64,000 nucleotides of DNA from NCBI GenBank assembly GCA_977017575.1, contig CDRNVI010000053.1, positions 62,001 through 126,000 of the forward strand, given 5' to 3'. The notes under the pieces were generated by a model. That model saw only the letters and a list, made by a program, of their open reading frames with translations. It made no database searches and had not been told where the DNA came from. This document shows, in pieces, positions 34,035-47,684 of the stretch (position 1 is the first letter of the stretch; the number at the start of each line of letters is the position of its first letter). The stretch comes from Paramoeba atlantica. Taxonomy: Eukaryota; Protista; Discosea. Position numbers and translations under genes: made by a program.

Positions 34035-34506
34035 CAGTGGTATTCAGCGACATGTCCCCCCTACAGGTCTTGCATTTTTTCCGATTTTGGAAATATTTGG
34101 TCTACTGCCGGTTTTCGACCCAATAGTTCGATTCCGCTGTCCTTTTCACCCGAGCGACCCTATTCCCCAGGTAGGGGTCAAAAAAGCTAATTACAACTTT
34201 TTTTGGGTCCGAAAGTAAACGTTTACGATAGTTCTGGAAGGTACTTACCTTAGTTCTGGAAGGTAGTACCTTCATAGTACTACTATGACCCCCCCACTTA
34301 TTTGTCACCCCGTTTTCGAAAAAAGGACAAATAAGTACAAAAAAGAACAAATAAGAAGGGGGCGGCCGGTCGGTGGTGATAGGCAGAATATGGCAGAATA
34401 TGGCAAAAATCAGGTATCCCGGAAAAAAATTCCGCACGGCTCCGCGGCGCTTTGTTTTATTGCTTTTGCTGATGTTATTAAAACAGAAATCGGGGATTCA
34501 CCACTG
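34035..34506. mobile_element. MITE, TA|CAGTGGT...ACCACTG|TA
   Basis: TA at 34033-34034 and 34507-34508; left arm shared with 31825 and 59442. Confidence 0.8.
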
Positions 34507-34577
34507 TAGACAAAGTTCAATAATAATTGTAACACTTCCAAAAAGTCAAGATTTACTTTCACACTGACCTTACTAGC

Positions 34578-35339
34578 TTAGTCCTCGGGGAAATTAACCA
34601 ACTTAATCTTTCTGACTTTTATCTTCCTGCACGCTGATTTTGTCTTCCTGCGCGGTGGTGCCTGAGGACCTATGGGTCGTCCCCTTTTCTTCGGAAACAT
34701 TCCATTAATGACGATAGGGGGCTGCATCGGCACTTTTACATTGATGGGTGGAGGGGGACGGACAATTTGGAGAGGATCCTGGGTGACATCTGCCAAGTGG
34801 GAGGAAGGGGAAGGAACACTCACAGAAATAATAGACAATGTTTCGCTTTCTTGGGGTGTGTTCATCTGTGAACGGCGACTCACTCGGATGTTCTGGCCTG
34901 CGAGGTAGGCCCAAACACGACCAGCGAATACCTTGCATTCAGCTTCAGGATCAGACGAATTGAATTCGTCATGAGAGGCAACAACAGAACGAAGTTCCAG
35001 GCCGGCTTCGCTAATAAAGCCGTCTCGTACGTGCTCCGCACCCAGCCACCCACCACGATATGTGATGAGATTAAGGATCAATTGTGCGACCCCTGTGGCA
35101 AGAAGCGGAACACCACATACCAACACATCGTCGTAGAACGCAACCGCGCTCAGACAACGATTTAAAACGCGATCAATTGCGTCCGGGTCACCTTGCAGAA
35201 GAGTGATGTTTCCGCGAACAAAGCGATACTGTTTCAATGGCTTTTGTATCGCTGCCTTCCATTGCATGATGTACTTTTCTAAAAGAGCAAGCTCGGTCTG
35301 AATTTCCTCTGATACGGTTTGTACAGAGACGTCAGGCAT
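34578..35339 (-). CDS. Orphan 253-aa protein with AT-hook/NLS-like basic tail, next to a Harbinger transposase
   Basis: Intact ATG-to-stop ORF antisense to host genes; C-terminal PKKRGRP...RRKTK. Confidence 0.5.
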   Translation of the reverse strand: MPDVSVQTVSEEIQTELALLEKYIMQWKAAIQKPLKQYRFVRGNITLLQGDPDAIDRVLNRCLSAVAFYDDVLVCGVPLLATGVAQLILNLITYRGGWLGAEHVRDGFISEAGLELRSVVASHDEFNSSDPEAECKVFAGRVWAYLAGQNIRVSRRSQMNTPQESETLSIISVSVPSPSSHLADVTQDPLQIVRPPPPINVKVPMQPPIVINGMFPKKRGRPIGPQAPPRRKTKSACRKIKVRKIKLVNFPED

Positions 35340-35483
35340 ATTAGTACGAAAGAAAGTGAAAAGAAGGAATGGATTCTTGGAACATAGAGGAATAAGGCTC
35401 TTTGAAGAACAACTGGCTTTCTACAATAATAAATTATGGGGAAATAAATATGGACTGGTTAATCATTATTATTTAATCATAGG

Positions 35484-36528
35484 CTATCGATCCCGTCCTG
35501 GCGACTTCGCTCGTTTTTTCGACTTTTTGGTTGAGGGGATAGGAAATTCCCTTAGCGCTTCCCGATACTGCGTTCTAATTAGCTCGCGTCTTTCCCTTTC
35601 CGTTCGAGAAGGAGCCTCAAAGTCACAAAAACATTGCTCAACAGGGGGTCGCGCAAAAGCTAATTTTCCGTCTTCATTAGCCCAAAATTGGACAGTTGAT
35701 GGATCAATCAATATTTTTTTCTCCAGCGCGAACGTTAAGCACTCCACATTACACATAAGTCGGAAAAGTTTTGATGTAGTTGAGTGGCTTCACTGGCAAA
35801 AATGCATAAACTTATGACAGTCAATATATGCATTGAATCTCTCTATTGTCACACGCAGGGAAGCAAAGTACTTATTAAATTTTGCCTCCTCTGCCCCCAG
35901 TGTTCATTGTCCTGACGGCGCGCTTGAAAGGTGATATCGTATGAGAATTCGACATGTAAGCCAAGTCTGCGGCGATTAAGTCATGCTCGTTGTGCGGCAT
36001 GGCCTCTTTTGTGACCCATTCTTTCCTCGGTAGATGTGAGGGTACGGAACTTTTAGAATCATGCTGCGCACCGATTGATGGCCCCTGGTACCAGATTGGT
36101 TGTCCTGCCACATTTAAATAAATCTGAATCTGTAGAACTTTAGTTTTATGTTTTCCGCTCTACGTATTTTTGTCTCCCCGCACATACATGTATATCGGTG
36201 TTCCATCCACTATGGCCGTCACATGCTTGAATTGTAGGTGCTGATACATCAAGCGTCTCTCAGGCTGACTGAGGTTGACTTTAAAATATGCGTTGAGGGC
36301 CTTGTGCATTTTCTCCCTACACGTAGTATCGGGCCTGACTTCATCGAACCACATTCGCATTATAAATCTGGCCTGATCATCAGTGCAATTCATATGCATG
36401 ACAATTAATGCAGATAGAACTCCATATGAGTCATAGACTCCTATTTTATGCATTAAGTGTTGCACAACGGTGCGCGTAAATCCAGTGAAAGTAAGGCACT
36501 CTTCGTCGGTCGGAATAGGAAATTTCAT
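35484..36528 (-). pseudogene. PIF/Harbinger (IS5-like) transposase, frameshifted
   Basis: TAIVDGTPI (D1), GAQHDS, LIAADLAY (D2), and manually translated LRVTIERFN (E) at ~35830-35860. Confidence 0.8.
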
Positions 36529-37141
36529 TTGATAAAAATAGAAAGGAACTAATACCAGCTAACATAAAGAATAGCTCACGTAAAATTACGAAATTTGTCG
36601 AATTTTACTAAAAGAAAACTAAAATTCGGGCCGCTTCACGCCGCGTGTATTTCAGGGGAATAAAGATACTGTGACCCCCCCTTTTAATATGGACAGGGGG
36701 TATCCCCCCCTTTTTTATGGACAAATCCGACCGCGCGCCGCGGAGCGGCGCCAATTTTGTTTTGCCACTTTTTCGTTTTTTTCCTCTTTTTTAGGGTATC
36801 TGTAGCTAGCTAATTTCGTCAGCTTTCAAATCACACAAAGGAGAAAAGGGGACGAACTGAGCTTAATAATTCCCGGCTCACGAAAAGTGACCCCCCACTT
36901 TGTTGCATTTTTCAGATCTCATCAAGAGAATTTTGTGCGCCCAGGACGGGCTAAAACAAAGAACAATGAGCTTGTTTAGATTACAATTACTGTGCCCCCC
37001 ACTTATTTGTAGTAGTAGTAGTAGTAACTTTGAATTGCTTAATTTAGAAGTAATTAAATGCAGTAGTACGTATTGCCGAGTAACATTGATATAGTATCAC
37101 CCAGTAACATTGAATGTATGCCTTGTTTATTCTTTTTTTTT

Positions 37142-37525
37142 TCAGAAATCAGGAGGAACCCATTGCTCGCTAAGATTCCAACGAAATAGAACATACTTGT
37201 CTGATACCTTAAACAAAACACGATACATGTTATTTACTACATGTATAGCACAAGTGTTTTCGCCGGGACTTTGCTGTGGATATGCTACATTTCTTATCTC
37301 ATAAGCTTCGGGGGGCACGTTGAAATGCTTGCTCATACGCTCTTTGAATTTTATGATGTTGTCATGATATGACTCAGATGCATATCCGACAAAACTATCG
37401 TATATCACGCACCCTTGAATATAAACAAGAATGAAATGATATGCGTAGTAGAGGCATGCAAAAATGGTCGTGCTACGCGATAGCTGTCGTGGAAACTTAT
37501 CTTGTCCAAGAATGAAAGAAATCAT
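37142..37525 (-). CDS. Ulp1/SENP-like protease domain with intact H-D-Q-C residues (element-borne)
   Basis: YHFILV...IYDS...YPQQSPGENTCAIHVVNN. Confidence 0.7.
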   Translation of the reverse strand: MISFILGQDKFPRQLSRSTTIFACLYYAYHFILVYIQGCVIYDSFVGYASESYHDNIIKFKERMSKHFNVPPEAYEIRNVAYPQQSPGENTCAIHVVNNMYRVLFKVSDKYVLFRWNLSEQWVPPDF

Positions 37526-37952
37526 GACCCCCTTGCGTTAGTTAGTTTAACTCGTTAAACTCCTTATCCGGCTCGTCAGACCACATCCCCCACAGCTCCA
37601 GCCCTTGTTTCCGAATCTTTCCCCCCACCATCTGCGCGGGCTCGTTAGGCTCGTCTTTCCGACGAAAAACCGCACGCACTCTTACCACTGGTCGTTCGCC
37701 TGTCGCAATCATCAATTTTTTTCTAACGACTGTACACAACTGATTTAAAGATTGGGTGGGTAACGGCTCGGTAGGCGCTAGGTCGTCTGCCCCTGGTGTT
37801 ACATTTCGAGAATTACGCAAGGATCCTTGCCCGCTCTCGTGGCCATGTATTTTACAGTTTAGATATTTGGGGGCTATCTATATAACTATCTATATAACTC
37901 GCACAACTTTCGTCATCCGGAAAGTTCACCCAAACTGCAGACATATCCAGTT

Positions 37953-38420
37953 ACATAGACACATCTGATCACACAGAGAACCAAATCCACACAAACTCAT
38001 GCAGTCACACAGGCACCTAACTTACACAGACTCACCTACTCACACAGACAACTAAACTCACAGTCTCATCTTGTCACACAGCCACCCAAAACTCACATAG
38101 ACTCACCTGGTCACACAGACACCCAACACACAGTATCGTCTAGTCACATTGACACACTCAAAACTCACACAGAGTCATCTAGTCACACAGACACTCAAAC
38201 TCAGACTCATCTAGTCGCACAGACACCCAAACTCGCACAGACACCCAAACTCGCACAAACTCATCTAGTCACACAGACAACTAAACTCACACGAGTTCAT
38301 CTAGTTACACAGACAACCAAACTCACACAGACTCATCTAGTCACACAGACAACTAAACTCACACGAGTTCTTCTAGTCACACAGATAACCAACTGACACA
38401 GACTAATCTGGTCACATAGA
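37953..38420. repeat. Degenerate tandem repeat (ACACAGACTCATCTAGTCACACAGAC core)
   Basis: Seen directly. Confidence 0.85.
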
Positions 38421-39012
38421 CATCAAAACAAAATTCGTTGCAAATTCTTCGCAGGTGACCTTGACACGTGACAAATCACGCAGGTGACCTTGACACGGAC
38501 ATCTCATCACGTAGAAGTTGTAGTCATATACAAGTACTCGCACACATAACTTTACAAATTGTTTTCTCCTCGCTCCTCCCCTGGACCCCGTGTATACACT
38601 TATGTATGCACAGGGTCCTTCCCCAGGCTTGGGACTGGGTAATGCGGAGCTATGAAGCGCCCTTCACCTAAGCAATAAATTGGTATTTGCTTCCATCTGC
38701 CAATCATTTGTAGCAAATTCTGCCCAGAGGTCTGACTTTACAACATGGACAAACTGATTTGTTGCCGAAGTCACAGCCTTGAAGGCAAAGAATCACATAT
38801 TCCTCGGTAATATTTATCAAGCACTGACTTCATCAAAAGAATACATGCAAATATGACACAACCAGAACAATCCATATCAGGTGCAATTCCAATAAAAAAA
38901 GAGAATAAATTATGAGGTAGCAATCTATTTCGATAAAATATACCATACTATGTTGTTCTGAGAACTGTTCTTTGTTCCCAGAACACCGAGAACACCATTC
39001 TATGAACCCACT

Positions 39013-39650
39013 TTACATGAAAAGTTTCGATGAACTTTGAAAAAAAAATAGAATCATCCAGCGAGCCGTTGTTGCATCGACTTCACCGTAGAAAATACGC
39101 TTCTTATGGGCGGATCTGGAGAACATGATCCAGTCCCGCGGATTTTTATTAAAGGATTTACCAGAGAGTAGGCGACGCATGCCATCCTGTATGAACGACC
39201 GACGTGCGACAGCTTCATCCGAGTCATTAATTTCACCGAGAAGACTTTGTTGCTTCGAAATGTGACTTGTTGCTAGTCCCAATATAGCGTATTCATGTCG
39301 CAAGTAACCGGCGAATTGATACTGTTTTCCTACAGAGACAATATCAACACGATTGGCTGCAAAATAATGACGACCCACATCACACCACCACTCATATTCG
39401 TCCGCGTGTAGGGGCGGATCCCATATGTCATACCTTTGCGGGTCCGACGGGTCCCGACCTATGTGGGTCCATGGACCCAGGTCCGTGCTGGTCTGGACCC
39501 AGGTCCGGGATCCCCCGGTCCCACTTGGATGGTCAGCCTCAAGTTTCAATTTAAATCGCTGGTTTTATTGGAAAACTAACACAGTGAAGGTCATATTTAC
39601 TTCACAGACAGTTCGCTCTGGTTGTTGCATACCTTCCGGGCTAAGAGGGG
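39013..39650 (-). pseudogene. Second VIPER/TATE-like RT-RNaseH fragment
   Basis: QFAGYLRHEYAILG and RDWIMFS...KRIFYGEVDATTARW align with QFAGYLRHAHTILG and RDWQMFS...KRVYFAAVDATPTRW of 46350-47684. Confidence 0.85.
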
Positions 39651-40959
39651 GGCAACGTGCCTGTAGTTTCATCTTACAAATGTGTAGCATTGGTACAATA
39701 TTACGTACTTAACATCAAAAATCTTTTGATGATAACAACATTGGATACATGCAGTGCCCCTACAATCCTACACAAGGGCAAACGTTTCTTCCTCTTTTCC
39801 TTTCCTACTCTCTATCTCTCTCCCCGGCTCTCGCCATTGACCCGCTGCAAACGCGGCAGCCGGCTTCACAAGGATTTCAGTCATGGGACAGCCCCATCTA
39901 CCTCGGCCCCTAGAGGACAATCTGCCTCCCCTCTACGGGGGAGGTTCTTCAACACTGTCTTCGTCCTGTTGAACATTTACAAACTCTGTAATCTTGCGTT
40001 GCTTAGCGGGCATTCTGTTTTGTAATAGCGTATGCGATGCCCGATCGATGTTATCGCGTTCCCGTGCATTTCGCGTACTTTGTGCCATTGGGGGTACCAC
40101 ATCGTCTGGCTCCTCAAACTGATAATCAATGTTTCTAATGGAAGCTGTGCAAGGATGAAGGTAACCTAATCTGTTAAATGCAGCAAGAACAACATCCGGA
40201 CGAGATAAGGAGGACTCCATAACATTCCGAAGATCCTGCAGAACTATCTTCTGTCTCAGTTTCATTGGAGTCATCTGTTCCAGAAGATTCGCTTGCTTCT
40301 GTTTCAAAAGAATTTTCCTCAGATCTTGCTTCGTTGAGTGTCGCATCACTTGTGCTAATATTGGAAGAATCATCATCTGACAACGCGTCCGCTCAAACAG
40401 AGCTTGCTTCACCGTCGCTCGGAACAACACAATATGTTATTCCCCTTGAAGTTTCCCGATGAAATTCCTTCTGCAATTCAAAAAGATTTTGCAAATCAAG
40501 ACGGTGATCCGCCAAGGTCATTTCAAAAAATTGTGAACAATAAAAAATGTGAACAATAACCGTCGGGGGGGGGTTACATGGTTTATGAGGACAAGGGTTG
40601 CTAAAAATCACCACACTTTCTCACGAGGAGATGACGACCGCTGAGTTAAATCCACGTATTCTCGACATTCTGAGAACAATGTTCTTTGGTTCTGAGAACC
40701 AGAACGTGTTCTTGTTCTCAGAACAACAATGTATATTATACCCCAAACTGGGTATTTGGGTCATGGACAACCACTGTAGTACACTGAAATATACATTTTC
40801 GAGACCCACAAAATGTCTAAAACGCCTAAAAATAGCGTTTTCTTGCTCATTTCGCACCGACGAAACGAAGAGGAAATTTTTGTTTTTGCTATTCGTTTTG
40901 GGTACATTTTCATGTTCATCCCGAATAATACAGGCAGGCGAAAATTGTTGTGCTACGTG

Positions 40960-41250
40960 ATAGCGGGGAAATTTTCCCTGTCCTAAAATGATGAAAGGGG
41001 TTTCATCAATGCTCAAGAATTCAACATCATCAGAATGATTCTTTGTCTGATAAACTGTTAGCACCTTTTCGCACAAATGGTCAAGCTTGTGCGGCGGAAC
41101 CATAGTCGACTTGCAACGCAATGACTTCCATTCATCAGTTATTGAAGCAAGAGGTGCAGCTGAAGCAGGAGGTACCTTTGATTTAGCACTGCTTAAAGCC
41201 GATCGGATGTTGGCATGAACAACGATAAGGGGAACAGCTGTTTTCACGAC
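40960..41250 (-). pseudogene. N-terminal part of the Ulp1-like protease family
   Basis: EWKSLR...VPPHKLDHLCEKV...IILGQGKFPR aligns with EWRKYR...LPTHAVDQICENV...LLLGQGRQPK (30300-30450) and FILGQDKFPR (37500). Confidence 0.6.
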
Positions 41251-41757
41251 TACTGGCTTGGAATCGTCAGAGGCAAGTGCTCTGATCGCTCGATCATCTT
41301 CCTTCCTGTTGGAGGTTCGGGGTCTCCTTTAACCCTGCTAAACCGGTCCAAAGCCCGGGGCTATGTAAAAAAAATACATAGAAAGGTGATGGAAGGATTT
41401 GCAACCTTATGAAAAGTGTAAAATTGAAAATTGTTGTAGTTGTTTTGCTCTGTATCACTTTATTTATACATGCATGATAATTCAAGGTCGTGCAGCGCGG
41501 ACATTGTAGCCGTAAACAAAAATATACTTTATGTTGTACTTTAAATGTGCTTTATATTGTGTGTGGATGATATACAGTTACGTGTAGTATACTGTATATT
41601 ATAGTGTATTTACATGCATATGAAGATACATACATACATACGTGTATATACACGTATGCACACATGTGAGTTAAAGAAAAAGGAGGAGGGGGGGACGCGT
41701 CCGACCCAAGGACTTTGTCCCTAGCAGGGTTAAAGGAGACCCCGAACCTCCAACAGG

Positions 41758-41914
41758 AAGTACCGCGTATGGAGCCGATTGTGCGCCCGCACTTCGAGCG
41801 AGATGCGCACACTTCCTGCTGAGGGCAGGGGTCGGACACCACAACCGTAAGATGCAGCGCGGTTGCTACGTTACTAGGTAAACATACAGTTTTTAGAAAC
41901 ATAGAGTTTTTGTT
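41758..41914. repeat. 157-bp inverted repeat, left copy
   Basis: Reverse complement of 48074-48230; no mismatch seen on manual comparison. Confidence 0.95.
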
Positions 41915-41992
41915 TTCTACAACTCAGTTCAAATAAGAAATTGAATTATGATAAATTGAATTAATTGAATAATTTGCAGTTTAATGAATAAA

Positions 41993-42405
41993 CTAGATTC
42001 CAGCAGGGTATGAAGCTTGATGTAGAGTTAGTTCTTGTCTCATATGGCTTTAAATCCTGCAACGCAGGTGACCTTAGATTTCATAGTTAGATCTTAAGAC
42101 ATCTTGTCTCACGTAGCACTTTTAAATCCTGCAAAACAGGTACTTTAGATTCAAAGTTAGATCTTTGGGACATCGTGTCTTGCATAGACTTTTAAAACCC
42201 TGCAAGGCAGGTAATGTACATTTAGATTCATAGTTTATCTTGAGACGTCTTGTCTCACACAGAAGAAGTTCTTAATTCCTCCAAGGCAAGCTCATTAGAT
42301 TCATAACTAGATCTTTGAGACGTCTTGTCTCGCATAGCCTAAAAATCCTGCGACTCTCATAGAAAGCCTGCAATGCAAGCACAGATTCAGAGTTAGATCT
42401 TTTGC
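41993..42405. repeat. ~70-bp degenerate tandem repeat x ~6 (TTAGATTCATAGTTAGATCTT...AATCCTGC)
   Basis: Seen directly. Confidence 0.8.
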
Positions 42406-42463
42406 GAGGTTCTCATAGTTCAGTTTTCTTAAAATTTACATTTATTAGTCGCACTACTTGATG

Positions 42464-43185
<722 letters not shown>

Positions 43186-43937
43186 TGTTAGATGCTAAAT
43201 TAAGTTACTAAGTTAGTAAAGATCGTGGTTTGGTTAGTGAAAGAAGTTGGTTAGTGGGTTAGATTATAAACTTGCGAATATTGGTTCAATTTAGCCGATT
43301 GTTCGTTAATTTCCTCCTAAATCGTGACAAAGGGAAAACTCGACCCGGAACCAAGAGTCAAAACCTAGTCCAATTATAGGGCAACATGGTTTTAGCAAGA
43401 AACGGATTTTACTATAGCGAAAATGTGCACGATTTCATACTCTTCTTTAATTCTGAGATACTCTAATTCTGAGACATAATCTTTTAGCTGAGCGAAAAAT
43501 TCTGGTTTCGTCCTATTTTTTTCGTCCTATTGTTATCCTATTAGCGGCGTTTTCTTTGCAATGTTAGTTTCATTGTTCGTGCAGCCAATTTCATATTAAC
43601 TTTCTGTTCAAGTTGATGCTTACACATGAGTTTTCATTACATACCAGTAGTATTTATAATAAATAAAAGAAAAACACTTTCAATAGCGGGGTTTTGTTTC
43701 CTTTCTTATTCAAATTTCTTAAGCATTCCGGCGGAGGAAAAATTCTCTATAGTAGTACTTTTACATACGTATCAAATACAAAGTAGTTGTTCTACAGTTC
43801 ACTTCTAGTCATGAAAGGTTACAAGTATAGTGCAAGTATAGCATCACGAAATATAGCGTAGAAGGCATAGAAGATACCTCTTTACGGGGTGTTTGGCGTT
43901 ACAGCCAGGTAGATCTGAGTGAGATTACGTAACCATA

Positions 43938-44803
43938 CAGGGGTGAGGGTCTAAAGGTGGGGGGGCCTAAAATTCGTAAAAGTTGTCGAATTTCGGAAAA
44001 TAATAGCGCATTGGATAGCTCTCACAGAGTTGTATGTTTTAGGCACATTAAAATCCTGCGATTTTAACGTACATATTTTTTGATACCATATTTCGCTTTT
44101 TTCCCTTGCAGAAATTACATTTTTTACTAGAAAATGCCCCAATAGCGCGCTCGCTCGAGGACTTCCCGTGGAGTACTGAGCGATAGATCGTATTCTTCCC
44201 CCGCATGAGAACACTGTAAAACGTTGGGTTGAACAATGTAAAACGTTGGGTTTTACCCTTACAGGTGACGTGTTAACGGCATCCCGAGAGCGTGTTTCGA
44301 CGGTGGTTACCCCTGCGTTCCTGGATGTGGCTCTTAAGCTTGTCGACGAGGGGTATGACCTTGTTTACGGCGTAGAGAGCTGGAGCGCTCTTCTGGTCTG
44401 TGATGGACACAGACAAAAATCTTCTTCGACCCCGAAATCGACAGCAACTGGAAGCCGCTATTGAGGGGTCTTTCCTTAAATTGAAACAGACCCACTCTGC
44501 AACGGTTCAGAAAACGTTGAAGAGTTTCAGGAAGCGTTGTGAAATTGTTATTAGTCGGAACGGGGGGCACTGTGGTTACTAATTGTCTTTTGCAATCCAA
44601 ATTACAGAAATTATTGACACCACTAAAGTATTGCAATATGTGTTTTTGACCCTTACATGAAAGGGGGGTACCCCCCAAACCCCGGAAGCTACCTATCCTA
44701 AAACATACAACTCTGTGAGAGCTATCCAATGCGCTATTATTTTCCAAAATTGGACAACTTTTACGAATTTTAGACCCCCCCCACCTTTAGATTCGCACCC
44801 CTG
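43938..44803 (+). mobile_element. Internally deleted relative of the 25360-26917 Tc1 element
   Basis: TA|CAGGGGTG TIRs, TA at 43936-43937 and 44804-44805; transposase remnants HENTVKR, DEGYD..YGVESW and KSFRKRCEIVISRNGGHCGY. Confidence 0.92.
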
Positions 44804-44865
44804 TATGGGTTATTAGTTTATCAAGAATTATTGATTTTTATTATTAAATTGCACTACACGTACTG

Positions 44866-45732
44866 ATGGTACGACAAAGAACACAGCACGTACAAGACTC
44901 AGAAATTCGAGAAGGATACGAAAGATACCTTTCTCTCGACGTGCACCGCCACCTTGCTCAGCTTTCAGTTACGAGACAAACTGCTGCGAGACGAGAATGT
45001 TACTTCGCAAGGCTGGAAAGCCTCTTGCAGGTCCACGGCGGGTTTAATATACTTGAGAAACAATTTTTAGCCTTGTGCGCAAGTCTAGCGCGTTTCTATC
45101 GTGCCTCAACATTAGAATCATTTCGTGCCGCCCTCGTGTGGCGCCAGGTAGATATGCCCATAGAGGCATGCTGGACGCAATCTATTCGGTTCCGTAGACG
45201 ATTTAGAGGCGCACTGAAGCTTTGTTTGGATCCCGTGCCCCGGGGATCTGTAACGTTCAGTCAGTTGCGAACATTAACAAGTCGCTGCTCTGAGCGAGGG
45301 GAAATAGACTATGCCAGAGGTTTTATCGTCGCCTTTTACGGTTTGCTGCGACATAGCGAAATCACTTCCTTAAGACGAAGCGATATAGAGGTTAGTCACA
45401 CTGAGGCTTTGTTGCGCATCCGCGGGGGTAAAGGGCGGAGAAACAATGTCGTAGATATAGTTGTCCCAGAAGCTCACGATCTATTGGTCTACTTAAAGAC
45501 GTCGAGCAGCCACGAGTTACTCTTTCCTGGGTGGCAGAAGAAAAAGGCCAACATATTAATCAGCAATGAAGCGAAAAACCTACAATGGAATGTTCACCAG
45601 ACTTGGTCTTTCCACTCACTGCGCCATGGAGGTGCCGGACACCTTACTAGACAAGGAGTAGATCTTTAAACTCGTCTCCGACGAGGACGCTGGATGTCTG
45701 AGCAATCAGTATCTAATTATTCTATGGTGTAG
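44866..45732 (+). pseudogene. Tyrosine recombinase of a VIPER/TATE/DIRS-type retroelement; in-frame TAA before the catalytic Tyr
   Basis: LLRHSEI (R), HSLRHGG (HxxR); past the TAA at 45667-45669 the same frame reads TRLRRGRWMSEQSVSNY. Confidence 0.9.
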
Positions 45733-45939
45733 CATAAGTATAGCACTCTAGTGCAGTGTACATACAGTATAGTTCCAAAATTCACTTATCTCCACAATAG
45801 ACTATAGCGTAATATTTGCACTGCGGGCAAACCGACACTACGCGTCGGATTCTTCACTCGCTGTCAGTATTTCAAGAACGAAACCTTATCATTTCGAGCT
45901 TGTACTTTTGTATTACCTCTTATTTCGCTCGCTCTACTC

Positions 45940-47684
45940 ATGCAAATGGATTCTCTTCTAGTCTCTGACAAGTCAGACCGTCCTGTCGAACCGGAATACT
46001 TTCTCCCTCCCTGCGATATCAGGCGGGGCCGTGGAGCGTACGCCACGGATAATGATGTTTTATGTCCGCTTGTGAACGTGGCCGGAATGAAACTTTGTTC
46101 TTCACTTTTTGAACATGCTCCTTTCGCGAAACGAGCGTTGGAACTTCTAAGCAAAGACCCATTTATGTCTAATTATGAAGTAAGAAAATTAAAAGAGACA
46201 CCAAACTCAGAGCGCTTCAGGTCGCATATACAAACGTTAGAGAAAGCAAAAGTTCTAGTGCCCGCCTCGTGGGAAGTGCCCCACGCTATAGGAAATTATA
46301 TGGCCGTACTCAAGGACCAAACTTACGTTAGGGCCATATTCGACTTGCGATGGACGAACGGATCACCGTTGACGATTTAGCATTTCATACCTTTGGCACC
46401 AGCGAACTGGTGAGAGCTCTCATTCAATTAGGTAATACTGCCCAATCAAAAATTAGATTTCTCCACGGGGACATAAAGAATATGTATTATCAAATACCCA
46501 TCTCAGCGGCCCTTAGTTATGCATGCTGTATTAGGCAAGGTAAAAGATTATTACGCCCTACAGTACTTCCTATGGGCTACAAACATGCCTGTAGCATTGC
46601 CCAGAGTCTCATGTGGGCTGTTTTGTCTTACTACGAATCGAGCGATGTAGTCTTGACCGGGGTGCAAGAAATGAATAGTATGAATGAAATGCAGGGCATC
46701 GTTTACCTTCCCGACGGAGGCTTTATCGCCTTACTTTACGACTCATTTCTTTTTGCCATAACTGAACTTATGCTTAAACATTGGGAGGCTCGTTTATCTA
46801 GAAACTTTCAAGTCTTTAACTTAGTTCCAAAATACATACGGCGGGAATGTTGCACATGCGAGTTTACATTTTGTGGCATAGAAATAGCACAAAAAGAAGG
46901 AAAAACTTATTGGAAAGTGGACCCCTCAACTCAAAGAACATGGTCTTCAATGTCCCAACTACTACATTCGAACACTCCTCGCATTCTATTTCAGTTTGCG
47001 GGCTACCTTCGACATGCACATACAATATTAGGTATCGCTCCTCGGGAGCTCGGGCGCATCTCAAAGCTACAAAGTGATCAGGGAAAAATAGAGAATTGGG
47101 ATGCAAGAATACTCCCCGAATCTGTATCTGCTCTTGTTGTTCGCATGGTGCAACACGTTGCTCATGTCAACGAAAAAGCACGAGACTGGCAAATGTTTTC
47201 CAATCCCACATTAAATAAAAGAGTTTACTTTGCAGCAGTAGATGCCACACCCACGCGATGGGCTGTTTGGCCAATGAAAAAAGGCGAAGTTTCACGAGAT
47301 GAAATTATATATCAAGCTTGTAAACTCGAAATTGTGTTAGCGGAAGCCACAGCCATAGCTAATGCTATTCGAAGCGCCCACAGCAAAGGTTTCCAATTTA
47401 TTGTAATTGCCAATGATAATACGGCCGCATGTCACTCGTTTGTTAAGGGATACTCCCCACTAGATGCGCTTGATCATATAATAAAAGGTTGTCAGAATTT
47501 CAAAGGGAAGTTGATTCTATGTGATATTCCTAGCGAGGAAAACATCGCGGATGTTGGAACTCGACCAGAGAAGATATACTCTGAATCAGAATACACCTTT
47601 AGGAGCTATCAGTCTTGGAATCGACTATGCCATGCGTGGGATAATTATAGGATTTTGGGCACGACATTCACCAGTCGAAAATAA
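45940..47684 (+). pseudogene. DIRS-group reverse transcriptase-RNase H, one frameshift at ~46355-46380
   Basis: AVLKD...RAIFDLRWTN, FLHGDIKNMYYQI, VLPMG, LYDS; RNase H residues VDAT, LAEA, NDN, SEENIAD. Confidence 0.9.

Noticed and set aside
38740-38815. YNMDK resembling the pogo YNMDET motif
   Set aside because: Too short and quickly terminated to support a call.
41875-41914. Spliced-leader RNA gene (ACAGTTT motif)
   Set aside because: Lacks the conserved ACAGTTTCTGTACT...TTG|GT exon and donor site.
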